In this document: positions 14,154 through 25,000 of the stretch, piece after piece | How positions within the stretch are numbered: the stretch's first letter is position 1 | Layout of the letters: each line of letters starts with the position of its first letter | From: Botryllus schlosseri | Lineage: Eukaryota | DNA: 64,000 bases | Direction: 5' to 3' | Assembly: GCA_051294905.1 (NCBI GenBank) | Contig: CM119379.1 | Coordinates: 4,774,001-4,838,000 of the forward strand | Translations under genes and position numbers: made by a program | Notes under the pieces: model-generated | What the model was told of the DNA's origin: nothing | The model's database searches: none | What the model saw: only the letters and a program-made list of their open reading frames with translations

Positions 14154-14796
14154 AGTAGTATAGTAGATCGGTCGCGATTCGTAATGGGCTCTTATGGGTG
14201 CGGCGGTGACTCGCCTGGAAACTCGTGGTGGTGACTCGCCTTTTCAGACCCCCCTCTCGGCGGTGAGTCGCCATGTGTTCTTATGGGTGCGGTCGTGACT
14301 CGCCTTTTTTGCCATAGGCGGTGGCGGTGATTCGCCGTGAAAACTCGTGGTCGTGACTCGCCTTTTTTGCTATAGGCTGTGGTGGTGATTCGCCATGTAT
14401 TCTTACGGGATCTGTGATGATTCGCCATGTGTTCTTATGGGTGCGGTCGTGATTCGTACTTTCAGACATCTCTCGCGTGGTGTTGAATAGTCACCAACAA
14501 TAACCGCACAAACGGAAACGTGGCTTGTTGTGAGGATTAAGCAGTGCGACCTATATTCCGAATGACCTGCGCACTGAATTGTTTCAAGGCCAACCGCGTG
14601 CTACTATCGAATATTACACTAGACCAGTCAGTGCGAAATAGTTTGATCGTAAATTATGATATATGATATCGTAGTTTAGTCGTGTCAAATGACCGATCGT
14701 GTTCTCTTTCCTCACTATTGATTGCTACCTGAATAATACTTTCGGCTTATTCGCTGTTTCGCGCCTACAGAATAGTCTGCTGTTCACAACCACAAC
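14154..14796 (+). repeat. Pol-B1 left TIR (GGTGACTCGCC/GTGATTCGCC tandem units plus inner block)
   Basis: Reverse complement of 28761-29403 with only a few mismatches, mostly near the inner end. Confidence 0.95.
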
Positions 14797-14828
14797 AAGA
14801 ATCACAAGTATACACATTTATACATTCA

Positions 14829-14834
14829 TTTATT
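14829..14834 (-). terminator. Putative polyadenylation signal closing the Pol-B1 structural gene block
   Basis: AATAAA overlaps the protease stop codon; similar AATAAA sites lie just after the Pol-A protease (about 31397-31402) and after ORF 43525. Confidence 0.5.
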
Positions 14835-15276
14835 ACTCTGAAATCAAACACTTCACAAAAGCACGTCCAATCGTATCATTCGCTTTTTTATCATCGCCAA
14901 AATTATCCAAGTATTCCTCGGCTGAAAACCCTTGAGCTCTTTTTATCAAGAATGCAATAGCATGATCTCCACACACATCCGAAGTTTTACTCTGTAACTG
15001 TTTCTCAGTCACAGAAAATTCATCCGGCTCCAGGAACTCGATTATCTGAGGTTTTAGCGGTCCGAAACCTAGCGAATCATGAAAATGAGTATCGTCATCT
15101 CTGTATATAGACACCCAGTGAGACCCAGGCAAACTCGACTCATCGTAATTAATGGTGATAGCGAATTTTCCGCTAATTGGTTTCTTCGGCAACTGGTCTA
15201 CTGGATAAGTCCCTAGATATAGACTTTGTGTGTCAGGGTGGTTATAGAGAATATCATTGATCTCAGACGTATTCAT
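14833..15276 (-). CDS. Adenain-like (Ulp1/C5) maturation cysteine protease, Pol-B1
   Basis: GSHWVSIY (His), FHDSLG (Asp), QLQ, VCGDHA (Cys); likely start MNTSEI at 15276 overlaps the MCP stop. Confidence 0.92.
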   Translation of the reverse strand: MNTSEINDILYNHPDTQSLYLGTYPVDQLPKKPISGKFAITINYDESSLPGSHWVSIYRDDDTHFHDSLGFGPLKPQIIEFLEPDEFSVTEKQLQSKTSDVCGDHAIAFLIKRAQGFSAEEYLDNFGDDKKANDTIGRAFVKCLISE

Positions 15277-16544
15277 ATTTCGACGACTTGTCTTTTTTGA
15301 TTCAGCTGTAGAAGATGTTGAAACTCCTTCAAACATAACAAGGTTACGGAGGTTGGTAAAGGCTTCGACGTAGTCAAAACCAGATGCACAGTTCCTGTCT
15401 TATGAAGTTGATAACATCCCAAACTATTATCGGGTGTCAAATCAAACACAAAAAGAGTGTATCCGTTGACATAATCTTTGCGTGAAATATTTAAAGGTGC
15501 CTCGGATTCCCAGCGACCTGTCTGGGAGAATAGTGTCATATAACCTTCCAGTCCGCCGAGTTTATCAAAATCGAAATGAAATTCGCGTCCGTTAATTTGA
15601 CGCCCATCCACACTTAAAGAAAGATTTTGAACATCAAAGTGTTTAAAGTTGAATGGGTTTTTGACTCGAACACCGTTAAATGTCGTGGTCTCGACTAAAC
15701 CAATTACGATCTTCTTTGGCATGGTGCCGCTAACTAACTCTCTATCAATTTTCGACAAGCCCGCGGCGAATGTATGAGTCGACATTTGTAAGCGTATCCA
15801 GGGGTACTTGGCAGTATTCTTCTGTAATACAGACTTGTGTGCTAAGCTTACACTTTCAGCGATCTTCATCTGTTTGACATACACCTCCATTTCGAGTAAA
15901 ACAATTTGTACATCTTCCGCATCACCAAGCAGACAGAAATTATCTTCGTTACGTGTAAATTTTAATTTCATGTCGACATTATCCAACATACATCTAGACT
16001 GTTCAAAAAGACCCATTCGAATTTTTCCGATCAACTCTAACGGAGTGCTGTTTTTTGTAAGGTCTTTTCGTTTAACATATCCAGTATTCGCTGCACCAAG
16101 AACGTCCATAGATCCAGCGACATCTTTATAAAAACCTTGTCCTTGCACAAAACTCTCCGAGGCACCATGTGTATCATTCAACAACCGAGAGATATAAGCT
16201 TTGTACGCATGACAATTATCCGAATTTGTGATAAACTCATTTGAAATAGTTACATCGATTTGTTTGAAAAGAGAATCCAACATGTTATTGACCAGACCCA
16301 CTTGTGTATCGTTTGCTAAATCAGTTCCATCGCGTTTAGTGAGCTTCAAACGTAATCTCAAGAACGTGTTTTGTAGATCCATATATCGATCCGTCCTTGG
16401 TAATTGTACTTCCATGACATTACCTAAACTATGGGGTTTGACGACGACATATTGCGATTCCTCAATACTGGTTTGTGTGTGGGGTATACTAAATATGTTT
16501 AATCCCGAGTTATGACATTCTCGGGAACCCACGTGCATCAACAT
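15273..16544 (-). CDS. Double-jelly-roll major capsid protein (Polinton PY/hexon-like), Pol-B1
   Basis: 423-aa intact ORF; NPFNFKH, GYTLFVFDLTPD and C-terminal LQLN..R.V pattern typical of Polinton MCPs; homologous to 31865-33142. Confidence 0.9.
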   Translation of the reverse strand: MLMHVGSRECHNSGLNIFSIPHTQTSIEESQYVVVKPHSLGNVMEVQLPRTDRYMDLQNTFLRLRLKLTKRDGTDLANDTQVGLVNNMLDSLFKQIDVTISNEFITNSDNCHAYKAYISRLLNDTHGASESFVQGQGFYKDVAGSMDVLGAANTGYVKRKDLTKNSTPLELIGKIRMGLFEQSRCMLDNVDMKLKFTRNEDNFCLLGDAEDVQIVLLEMEVYVKQMKIAESVSLAHKSVLQKNTAKYPWIRLQMSTHTFAAGLSKIDRELVSGTMPKKIVIGLVETTTFNGVRVKNPFNFKHFDVQNLSLSVDGRQINGREFHFDFDKLGGLEGYMTLFSQTGRWESEAPLNISRKDYVNGYTLFVFDLTPDNSLGCYQLHKTGTVHLVLTTSKPLPTSVTLLCLKEFQHLLQLNQKRQVVEI

Positions 16545-16549
16545 AGTTC

Positions 16550-16921
16550 TTAGTCGAATATATCCTGTTGTTTACGACGACGTTTGGATGAAGTGTTCTT
16601 TGACTTTGTTTTTTTCCTTTTTATAGCTTTTGGGGTTAAAATTTTATCAATCACTCGACCGCCAGCTTGTTTACTTCTCTTGACAACACTAGACTTGATC
16701 GAGTTACCCCGTAATAGATCTCTCGCTATTTCACCTCCAGTTCGTAACAATTGACCACCAGCGTATTTCGCAATAGGTGTCACTAAACGACCGAGTGATT
16801 TAAACAAACTCCCGATACCGGAACCGGCTTGAACTCCACCACTAAAATATCCATAACCATCACCTGTCTGGTTATAATGACGATGGACAGAGTGATGATC
16901 ACACGTGAAAACAACTTTCAT
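16550..16921 (-). CDS. Basic core/pX-pVI-like precursor protein, Pol-B1
   Basis: QAGSGIGSLFKSLGR amphipathic segment; K/R-rich tail ending DIFD; position just upstream of MCP. Confidence 0.7.
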   Translation of the reverse strand: MKVVFTCDHHSVHRHYNQTGDGYGYFSGGVQAGSGIGSLFKSLGRLVTPIAKYAGGQLLRTGGEIARDLLRGNSIKSSVVKRSKQAGGRVIDKILTPKAIKRKKTKSKNTSSKRRRKQQDIFD

Positions 16922-17313
16922 AATCGCTTCCTAATGTTAAATGTAGCTTGCAATGAACGACTTATTATATTTATAGGTTCCCCAAACTCATCCCTGAGGT
17001 AAAGACATACAGAATCTACAACATCTTTTGAAACAGGGAAATAATACGGATTTGTCGCTACCCAATTATGCGTGACAATACCAGGTGTCAGCGGTATAAC
17101 TCGTAATAAACGCGCTAACGTATCTCCAAGTAAGTGAGGGTGAATAATATCGCAATACACAAACAAATATTGACCAATCGCCGGTTCGGTTAAAGTGAAA
17201 TCGATCTCCATGAGGGCTAATTCACAATATCTCGTCGGGATGTTGTTGATGGTGAGTAGTCTGTGCTCAAAATCAGCCCCGAGGATAGAGGTGGTTAACG
17301 TCACTATTTTCAT
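16918..17313 (-). CDS. Penton/minor-capsid-like paralog 3 (short), Pol-B1
   Basis: ELALME...VYCDII.P...GD..ARLLR...PYYFPV...LRDEFG motifs shared with the two adjacent ORFs. Confidence 0.75.
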   Translation of the reverse strand: MKIVTLTTSILGADFEHRLLTINNIPTRYCELALMEIDFTLTEPAIGQYLFVYCDIIHPHLLGDTLARLLRVIPLTPGIVTHNWVATNPYYFPVSKDVVDSVCLYLRDEFGEPINIISRSLQATFNIRKRL

Positions 17314-17981
17314 CGTGCGTGGAGTGTCAATGTGGTCTCTATATCGTGTACTAACTGACCGTATTGGTCCCGGATGGTGATTTTTATATCGCGGACGTGG
17401 TTACTCGACACTGGGAAATAAAACGGTTTTTCATATACAACTTCTTGTCTCATACACGTCTCGTTATTTACTTGGATCACACGAAGCAATTGACTCATGT
17501 AATCACCCACCGGATGATATCGTAGTACATTCATACACACAAAAAGATATCTGAGGTGGGGTTGAGTTGGTTTAGGTTTGATCGATGTGACATTACATAC
17601 TGGTGTCGACACTTGATCAACTACACTGAAATAATTCGTGAATATATCCGTGAGGTGGAGTGTGATACGTTTCGAGTAACGAATTCCGAAAAGTTCATCG
17701 TTGATTCTTTCGGTGAAACAGTGTTTGAAACTTTCAGATAATATTCTTCGCGTCAACTCGAGGTTGTTTGCATAATTCCCAAGTGGTGATAGGTACGCTT
17801 CTACTATTCGATCTTTCTCATTATGTAGCTCCCAGAGTGCTTGATCGCGATTGATTATAATTCGATCAAGAGATTCACTGACAAAACTCATATCCACCAA
17901 CGCAAGCTCATTACAAATAATTTCATTCGGTAACACCACCGAGAATTCGCCTTTGGTGCCAGACAACGTGATGTAACTCAT
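17310..17981 (-). CDS. Penton/minor-capsid-like paralog 2, Pol-B1
   Basis: ELALVD...GDYMSQLLR...KPFYFPV...IRDQYG. Confidence 0.75.
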   Translation of the reverse strand: MSYITLSGTKGEFSVVLPNEIICNELALVDMSFVSESLDRIIINRDQALWELHNEKDRIVEAYLSPLGNYANNLELTRRILSESFKHCFTERINDELFGIRYSKRITLHLTDIFTNYFSVVDQVSTPVCNVTSIKPKPTQPHLRYLFVCMNVLRYHPVGDYMSQLLRVIQVNNETCMRQEVVYEKPFYFPVSSNHVRDIKITIRDQYGQLVHDIETTLTLHAR

Positions 17982-18808
17982 ATTGAATCAACAGCTCTAC
18001 GACGGAAGCGTAGGGTTACTGTCACTGGTGCTTTTCGAAATTTAATAGGGTTGCCAGCTGCGTCACGTAGATAAATTCGTATCGTTCTAAAATTGTTTCT
18101 CGCTAAAGCAAAGAAATATGGTTTTGGGAATATGTTGATTTGGTTTTCATTCGGTTTAGCGGTTACAGTAACCACCCATAAAAGTTGTTGCAGCTTGTTA
18201 CCGTGTGGTCTTGGTTGTATCAGATCACAATACACATAAACCTTATCAATCCGTTCCAACTTTATCGCGGGTGTAAAGATAAATTCTACCACTCCGCGGC
18301 GATGAGATAAAACGCGTCTAAATGTTATTGTATCCAACACAGAACCAAGTGGTATCAATCCGTAAGGTTCGGGTGAATCATGCGTGGTACGGGGTATGTG
18401 TTTGACGCTAGAGTCTGCGGTATCGGTATTTATGGGTACACCCCGCTTGTGTCTTTTTTTACTCGTGACTAATCTTCTGAATGTGATTCTAAAGTCTCCG
18501 AATCCTTGTAAAATGAAAATGTCCCCCATGTAATATTTCTCGTACGATTCTAACATTTCACCGATGCTGTAATACGAGCCTTCGGGAATATAATACCGAT
18601 CGGTGTATCCTTTCGCATCGACAAATCCAAAACCGATACTTTTCGCTGTCACTTCAATTCGCGGTTGAAAATCATTGGGGAAGGTCAGCTCACATAACCC
18701 TAGCTCATGGCGACTCATTTCTAATTCTTTGTAAAGTTCCGTTTGAAAATCTGTGCTAGTATTCAGAAATTTATCCAAACTCGCATTCGAAGGTAGAGTC
18801 AACCACAT
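17978..18808 (-). CDS. Penton/minor capsid protein paralog 1, Pol-B1
   Basis: LTLPSNAS...LGLCELTFP...VYVYCDLIQP...KPYFFAL...LRDAAG; canonical Polinton minor-capsid pattern; likely ATG at 18808. Confidence 0.8.
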   Translation of the reverse strand: MWLTLPSNASLDKFLNTSTDFQTELYKELEMSRHELGLCELTFPNDFQPRIEVTAKSIGFGFVDAKGYTDRYYIPEGSYYSIGEMLESYEKYYMGDIFILQGFGDFRITFRRLVTSKKRHKRGVPINTDTADSSVKHIPRTTHDSPEPYGLIPLGSVLDTITFRRVLSHRRGVVEFIFTPAIKLERIDKVYVYCDLIQPRPHGNKLQQLLWVVTVTAKPNENQINIFPKPYFFALARNNFRTIRIYLRDAAGNPIKFRKAPVTVTLRFRRRAVDSI

Positions 18809-18821
18809 TTTATTGTTTCTT

Positions 18822-19037
18822 TCAACATATACGATGAGGTGATGGATTCGGTAATGAATACCCAAGTGAAGAAGACAGTAGCGTTAAATATATCTCACGA
18901 TCCACCCCGACAGAAATTTGATATAATGAAAACACGATTACACACACTAACATACAAATCTGTACAATAAACACAATCTGGTTTTTCAGACTGTTCGAGA
19001 CTTGACCCATGCGAGATGAGACGGAATCAGAATCCAT
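18822..19037 (-). CDS. Small two-transmembrane protein, Pol-B1
   Basis: Two hydrophobic stretches and LLSSSLGYSLPNP, conserved as LLSSCVGYMLPNP at the same position in Pol-A. Confidence 0.7.
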   Translation of the reverse strand: MDSDSVSSRMGQVSNSLKNQIVFIVQICMLVCVIVFSLYQISVGVDREIYLTLLSSSLGYSLPNPSPHRIC

Positions 19038-19064
19038 AGTTTGGTTGAACAACATTTTCAGAGT

Positions 19065-20135
19065 CTATTTATACAAATCCGAGACCCAAGAATTAAATGT
19101 AGACGGATAACCCAACCATTTTACAAGATATTGCGTTTTCTTTCCTTTCCTGCGAGTAGACAGGATTTTTTCGATATTGTAAATATTATTATTTTTAGTT
19201 ATTGGTTGTAACTCTTCACGCTGAAAGCAACCATCTATAACTTCACCATGGTAGTCTTTCAATTGATAAGTAGGAGGGTCACCTTTACGACATTGAGATA
19301 CGAAAAGGATTTCTTCGGTCCAACTCGCCAAAGCACTTTTTACAAAATTACCACGTGATTTCGAAATCCTGACGGGTGTGCCGATAGTTAGTTTGGGTTT
19401 TTTAGGGGTCATGTCACCGTATAACCTATGGAAAATTTGTTCTTGATTTGAATAATCAACATCCGCTGGAGGACACCCTATAGCCACGTGAAAAGTAGTG
19501 TTATACCCCTGACATATCTCAGACAGGACATTAACATAATTCAAAGTCTTATTATGCGTGAAATACCGGTATAACACTTGCTTCAGAGTACGAATAACAC
19601 GCTCGCATATCGATGCTTTCAGTTCACTATTTGTATGAAAATGTCGCACATTGTTCTCTTTTAAGAAAGTCTGAAACGTACGATTAGTAAACTCGGAACC
19701 TTGATCACTTTGAATAACATGAGGTATACGATCCTAAAATGATTCCTTGAATCCGCGAATAATACCTTGCGAGGTTTTGTTCTTGAGTGGATACAGATAT
19801 AAAAATCGGCTGAAACAATCGATCGTCACCAACACATATTTGAAATTGTCGGTTTCTTTTGAAAGATTTTGCATATGCATGAGATCGGTTTGATACTGAA
19901 CACCGAGACCGGATGTAATCACTCTAGGTCTCTTAAATTTCTTACGATATGGAAAATGTTTCGTGTACGCATCCTTGCTCGAAAGAAACTCCTTGACTTT
20001 GGCTCTATTCCGCCCTCTAGAGAATACGTATGCACCGCGGTAACTACCAGGTAGCCCTGGCGTGAAATACTTAGTATGGCTACCATCCGTATCGGTTCGG
20101 GGTCTTGGGTGTACGACCACTTTTCGTCTTGGCAT
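19065..20135 (-). pseudogene. Retroviral-like DDE integrase with C-terminal chromodomain, Pol-B1 (one in-frame TAG)
   Basis: QTDLM (D), QSDQGSEF (D), CERVIRT (E), YLVKWLGY chromodomain; the two ORF pieces are in the same frame, separated only by TAG at 19736-19734. Confidence 0.93.
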
Positions 20136-20475
20136 GTTGAGTCTTTACTTTGCTTCGTTGGCTACTCGGTGATGGTGAGTGGGGTTTAGGAATCCTTGAT
20201 GGTTCACCCTTGATCAGGCGTCGCAGCGCGTCCAACTCACTAGCCGAAAATAGATTCCTTTGTTCTGATATATCGATTTTCATCGGTTGATTCAGTGTGT
20301 CGTGTTTTGTTTGATAACGATTTAGTGCGTCGTTATATAAGGCTAATTTTCGTTCTTGGGGTATGTTCATCTGTAATATGTCGCTCATACATTTGTCGAT
20401 ATCCAAATTCAATTTCTGAACTTCAACCTCATTGATCGGGTTCGGAGTTATGAAGATTTTTTTGAAAGAAGTCAT
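20080..20475 (-). CDS. Conserved Polinton hypothetical protein (between core precursor and INT), Pol-B1
   Basis: 131 aa, ERKLALYNDAL motif (EKLALYRHGI in Pol-A); near-identical copy at 63403-63798. Confidence 0.7.
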   Translation of the reverse strand: MTSFKKIFITPNPINEVEVQKLNLDIDKCMSDILQMNIPQERKLALYNDALNRYQTKHDTLNQPMKIDISEQRNLFSASELDALRRLIKGEPSRIPKPHSPSPSSQRSKVKTQHAKTKSGRTPKTPNRYGW

Positions 20476-20819
20476 TTTTTGAAAAGATTACCGAGTAAAC
20501 CAGTGACGACGGGTAGGATGCTTGATAATAGAGTCATAAACATACCACCACTCTGGTTAACCATGCGTTTCTTATGTCGAATAGGGATGTCTTTCCTGAC
20601 AAGTCGACGTAAACTACATTTATGAGCTGATAGTCGCTTTCTTTTATACTTTGAAAGAGGGATGTTGCCGTTTAAAATGTTCTATGTACAATCGCATTTA
20701 CACTCGATCAATTCTTTGCTGGCTCCCGATATAATTTGCTTGCGTATCTCGGTTTTACTTTTATGTAGGAACTCTAGTGTGGGTATATGCCGCCGTGTCT
20801 GAGCTGGTACCTTGGTCAT
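20472..20819 (-). pseudogene. Basic core (pVII-like) precursor with in-frame TAG, Pol-B1
   Basis: Manual translation MTKVPAQ...ECKCDCT*NILNGNIPLS...NQSGGMFMTLLSSILPVVTGLLGNLFKK; TAG at 20684-20682; homologous to Pol-A 36545-36952. Confidence 0.75.
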
Positions 20820-20852
20820 TTTGAGTTTAAAGTCGTCTCTGCGCTTGGCTAT

Positions 20853-21464
20853 TTATACCATCGGGCTATAAACCACCATGGTTTCACCAGGAAATATATT
20901 GGTCATAACTCGTCGATTTTCAGGTGCTTCTTGCGTGAGATCAAGGAATAAATAACTATGAGGTTGTCTAGCAGCGTCACGATAAGCCTCTGTTAAAAAT
21001 CTAGAGTTTGGATACATTTGTCGACCAAGAAAACTGATCTGCTGTTGGTCGCGCGGATTCTTGAAAATCACCATATACGAGCTTGAAAGACTCAAGTCAC
21101 GTGCCCCTTTACCCTTGTGGTACAGGTTCTGCGTGATATAGCAAATTGAATTGGCTGAATGATGTGAAAATCTTGTAAAGTAGTCTGCAATTTTCGCGGT
21201 CTCAGTCATGAAATCATCCACTATAATCAAGGTGTCTTCAGAGCAAATCTTCAACTCTTCTAAAATATCTAGACCGGCGTGGAATTCTACGTTATGCATC
21301 GTCTTGAAAACCTCCTGATAATTATTGTAACAATATACGACCCTGGATACACTAGGTTTAATCATTGATGTCGCATGTCTAATCAACTTTGCAACAAAAG
21401 TAGTCTTCCCACTTCTTGAAGGACCACTCACAATACACGCGAATGGGTGGATCAATTCCATCAT
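20853..21464 (-). CDS. FtsK/A32-like genome packaging ATPase, Pol-B1
   Basis: Walker A GPSRSGKT, Walker B LIIVDD, RFSHH, ITQN, VIFKNPRD. Confidence 0.93.
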   Translation of the reverse strand: MMELIHPFACIVSGPSRSGKTTFVAKLIRHATSMIKPSVSRVVYCYNNYQEVFKTMHNVEFHAGLDILEELKICSEDTLIIVDDFMTETAKIADYFTRFSHHSANSICYITQNLYHKGKGARDLSLSSSYMVIFKNPRDQQQISFLGRQMYPNSRFLTEAYRDAARQPHSYLFLDLTQEAPENRRVMTNIFPGETMVVYSPMV

Positions 21465-21498
21465 TTGTTGTTTATTGAAACTCGATAAAGTGCATGTG

Positions 21499-21506
21499 TT
21501 TATATA
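21499..21506 (-). promoter_or_regulatory. Putative TATA box upstream of ATPase/structural block, Pol-B1
   Basis: TATATAAA 35 nt before the ATG; conserved at 62373-62380 in Pol-B2. Confidence 0.55.
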
Positions 21507-21644
21507 TCAACAAGGTTGGGAATATCCACTGTTGTAGTCGTCGTGTTCTAGCGGAATATAAAAACCCAGTAAAGTTCGATTCAACAATTTTCCACGGGTT
21601 ATGAAATCTTCATCTGTTCCTCATCGTCAGGGGAAGTTGTAGTG

Positions 21645-21956
21645 TTACGAACGCTTCAGGTCGTCAAGCAGCTGACCCCAATCTGTAAAATAATAAATCA
21701 CATAAGAGGATTCATAATAAGAGAGGATTCATAGCGCTTTAAAATCTAACAGTGTTACTATACCAAACTATAGACCTTACCACGGATCACAAGTTTTGGT
21801 GGTCTGCTTTTCATCAATCGGGTATCGTCGACGTTGGGAGTTGTTTGGTAGAACCAAGAATCATGAACCGTGGTAATTCTCGCTCCAAGGTAATCATCTC
21901 TACATGTAAAGTGTATAAATCTAATGACATGACAGACTTTAGATAGCGTTATCAAT
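21645..21956 (-). other. Putative spliced exon pair between pPolB and ATPase (exon 21956-21781, 98-nt intron 21780-21683, terminal exon to TAA 21645)
   Basis: TTTTCCAG acceptor, GTAAGG donor, TTTTACAG acceptor; same 98-nt intron and same stop position in Pol-B2 (62099-62196). Confidence 0.55.
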
Positions 21957-22076
21957 CTGGAAAACAAATGATACGTTACCTCACACAAGTAAATCAAACA
22001 TATAAACAAGTAATAAACAAGTAAATCAAACACACAGAATATACAAATAAAATACAATAACACACAAAATATACAA

Positions 22077-25000
22077 TTACACATTTAATGGCAGGGTTGA
22101 CACACCATCCTCGAGCACTCGACGTTTGGCATAGAAATAGGAAAATGTTTTACGCTGTTGTTTGTACGTATAGACACCCCCATCTCTGCACCGAAACCCC
22201 TTGTTCACTCCCCCGACAGATTGCCTAGATGTCAAGAAACCCAGAAAAGTTTCGAAATCGACTGGGTTGGATTTCTGGAGACCTTTGGAAGCCAATTTTT
22301 TCTTTGGACCATCACAAAAGTAATTTTTGGATTGGAGACCACAGAAAGATGTACCACCTTCATACTCCACTTTCATCTAACCCGGTTGACGAAGGTAATA
22401 CGCGTACGTGTCTTTGCAACACTGCCTCGAGCGATCAAAAGAAACCGGGTCAACCAAAAACTCAGTTCGGTGCTCATCACAAAAATAGCGTGGAAACCAG
22501 TTCTCATATTCAAGATAAAATTCATCCCATTTCTCGGGGATAAGAATATCATCGAATGAGGCTGAATGCGAGAGATAGAGGGAGTCTGTGTCCATCATTA
22601 ATAGCATGAAGCACTCGTCACGGAAATATTTACACAAGCAGTCATAAAAAAACGACAACATCTTGAGCTTAGCATTGTTATACACCCAGAATCCTACTTG
22701 AATACAGTTACCACACTTGATCGTTTTAGGTCGCTTCGTTATTTCAAATAGATCAGCGTTCAATTCGTCACATTTCACAAAAAAACGATCCTTCACGTTG
22801 GTGCCTAATTCGCTTTTATCACAGTAGGAGGTTCGTTTGAATTTACGCGGGTTCATCAAGACGCGGCCATAGCTGCTGTTTCCGGCTAATTTTTGTGTCA
22901 GGGCAATGATCTCTAGGCTAGGGTCGCGGTCCCCAGCTCGTCGACAGTCTGAGACATTTTTCGCAAAGTTGTCAAAACAGGTCTTTTTTGTGAATTCGAC
23001 CGCCTCATGAATTTTGGATATAACCAACCCGTGCTCTACATACCACTTGATCAAGTCAGAGGTCAACAAGATTTTCTTGCCCCAGTATGAAGCAACTAAC
23101 ATGCGCGTGGGTTTGGTGAGTAATTTACGATCAATGGCAAACTGTTTCATGTGACCTGTCAAATGCTCGCGAGACACCATCGTATTTTTGAATATCGGAC
23201 ATAGTTCAACAAACTTCCTTTGTAAATGTTTTGGCGTAAAAATATCAACTGATAAACATCCGAAGAATGTATCGGTCATTACCATCTCCATCAATTTTTG
23301 TGCGGTGACAGACTTGGCTCGAGTCAATTGTGGTTGAATACCATTAAGATATCGCACAATATCAGGATTATCCTGTTTCTCCGTGTGCCAGTCGCATTCC
23401 CATTTACATATGACTTGGTAATTGAGGCTTTTGTAATAATCATGAACACGTTTAGTCCGTTCTCGACGTTCCAAATCATCACAGCCAAATCTGCACTGAT
23501 GTGCATGGAAATGACATCCAAGAAAAGACAAGATTACCCCTTGACCAGCTGAATTACGATAGAACCCATCAGCCGGATAATTACGAGCTCCTACACGGAT
23601 TTCAGGTCCATTAAAAGCATGGTGGACATGTACATTGTGGGTATACGAATACCAGTTTAGCCATTGAGCTGCTGTCTCCCCCCATTTCGGCGCGGTCTTC
23701 ACCGGTTTGAATTTAGTACACTCAGCATCAAGTGGTTGCCAATGTACCGGGAAACCAGTTGGACTAGGTTCACTCAAAGCAAAAAGGTATAACGAATTGC
23801 TGTCCAGCCCTGTTACATGTTGGGTAATCTGAGCGTTTTCCTTATAAAAAAATTCTTTGATTCGAGTTTCACCCTGTTTTTGATATCGATGGAAAATGAC
23901 TGACGGTCCACCCACTAAATTATCTCTGAATAGCGAAACCAGATCCTGGTGTTTATCATTGAACAAGGTGAAATCACGTGGAATGCTATTGAAAAGATGC
24001 CTCGATACAACCCCGGGTAGGGAGACGGCTTCTTTGAATATATCCACACTGAATTGACTTTTGAAAGATTGAAATTGTTTTTTTAACCCCTCAATGAAGT
24101 AATGAGTATCGATTGCGTTGTATCATTTGAGATAATCACGTAAAGTGGTCATTTTGTTATCGTTCCAAACCTTCAGACAGTTTTCATATTCAGCTGTGGA
24201 TATATTACGACCTTTTAGCGAGCTGTAAAACTCATCGTGGCTAGGTAGACTCGTATAATCCAGCTTTTCCAAACTAGTCAGAAACTCATACAGAAAATGA
24301 CCTTTAGCGGCGCTACATTTGAAGGCTTTCAAATAAGCATCGTACGAGAACCCGGGTGCCAAGTAATTTACAATGTCCAAAAATTTGAGTCTGTTGGTTG
24401 TCAACGAGAGGAAGTTGTTACCGCGCTTCAATACACTCAGATTTTCATCAACGAGTAAACCCATCAAGTACTCTTTGAGACAGTTCAAGTCATACCGACC
24501 ACCATTGAACGACAAAACAGGGATTTGTTTTAAATATCGCATAAACTCCTCTTGTAAACGTTCAAGAGGTATTTTTTTCTCGGAAGGATCGAGTGCTTTC
24601 ATTTCGGTAATTTTAGTTTCGAGCATGTCCAAGTAGTGTTGATTTTCCGTCTGTAACAACCTAAATGACTCACTTTGAATATCATGAAAATGATCAACCA
24701 TTTCCGCACACAAGTCGTTTGGGTCACCGTTCGAGACAATTACATACGGTTCCAAGAACCCTTCCACATTAGAAGATATGCTAACAGAAATGGGAATATG
24801 TTTGCACTCCCATGAAGTTTTGGAGGAATCTGGAATATCACACTTCTCAAACATACTCTCGATATCAAACGCGATACGGTATTTGAAATAACGAAGCTGA
24901 TGAGGAACAAACACCCCTTCTAGATCAAGTTTTTCAAATATGTTCAGAGGAGGTGTATACACGCCGCCGGGAAACACTTCAACAGGTTCCGTTGTACATT

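Noticed and set aside
14154-14460. CRISPR-like appearance of the short repeats here and at 4108-4460, 12230-12440 and 48860-49110
   Set aside because: Units are degenerate and contiguous without unique spacers, lie inside TIRs mirrored at the other end, and there are no cas genes.
19734-24125. Alternative genetic code explaining the in-frame stops in Pol-B1
   Set aside because: Both TAG and TGA occur, the pPolB stops correspond to different sense codons in B2 (TGG, TTC), and TAG/TGA end normal genes in the same elements.
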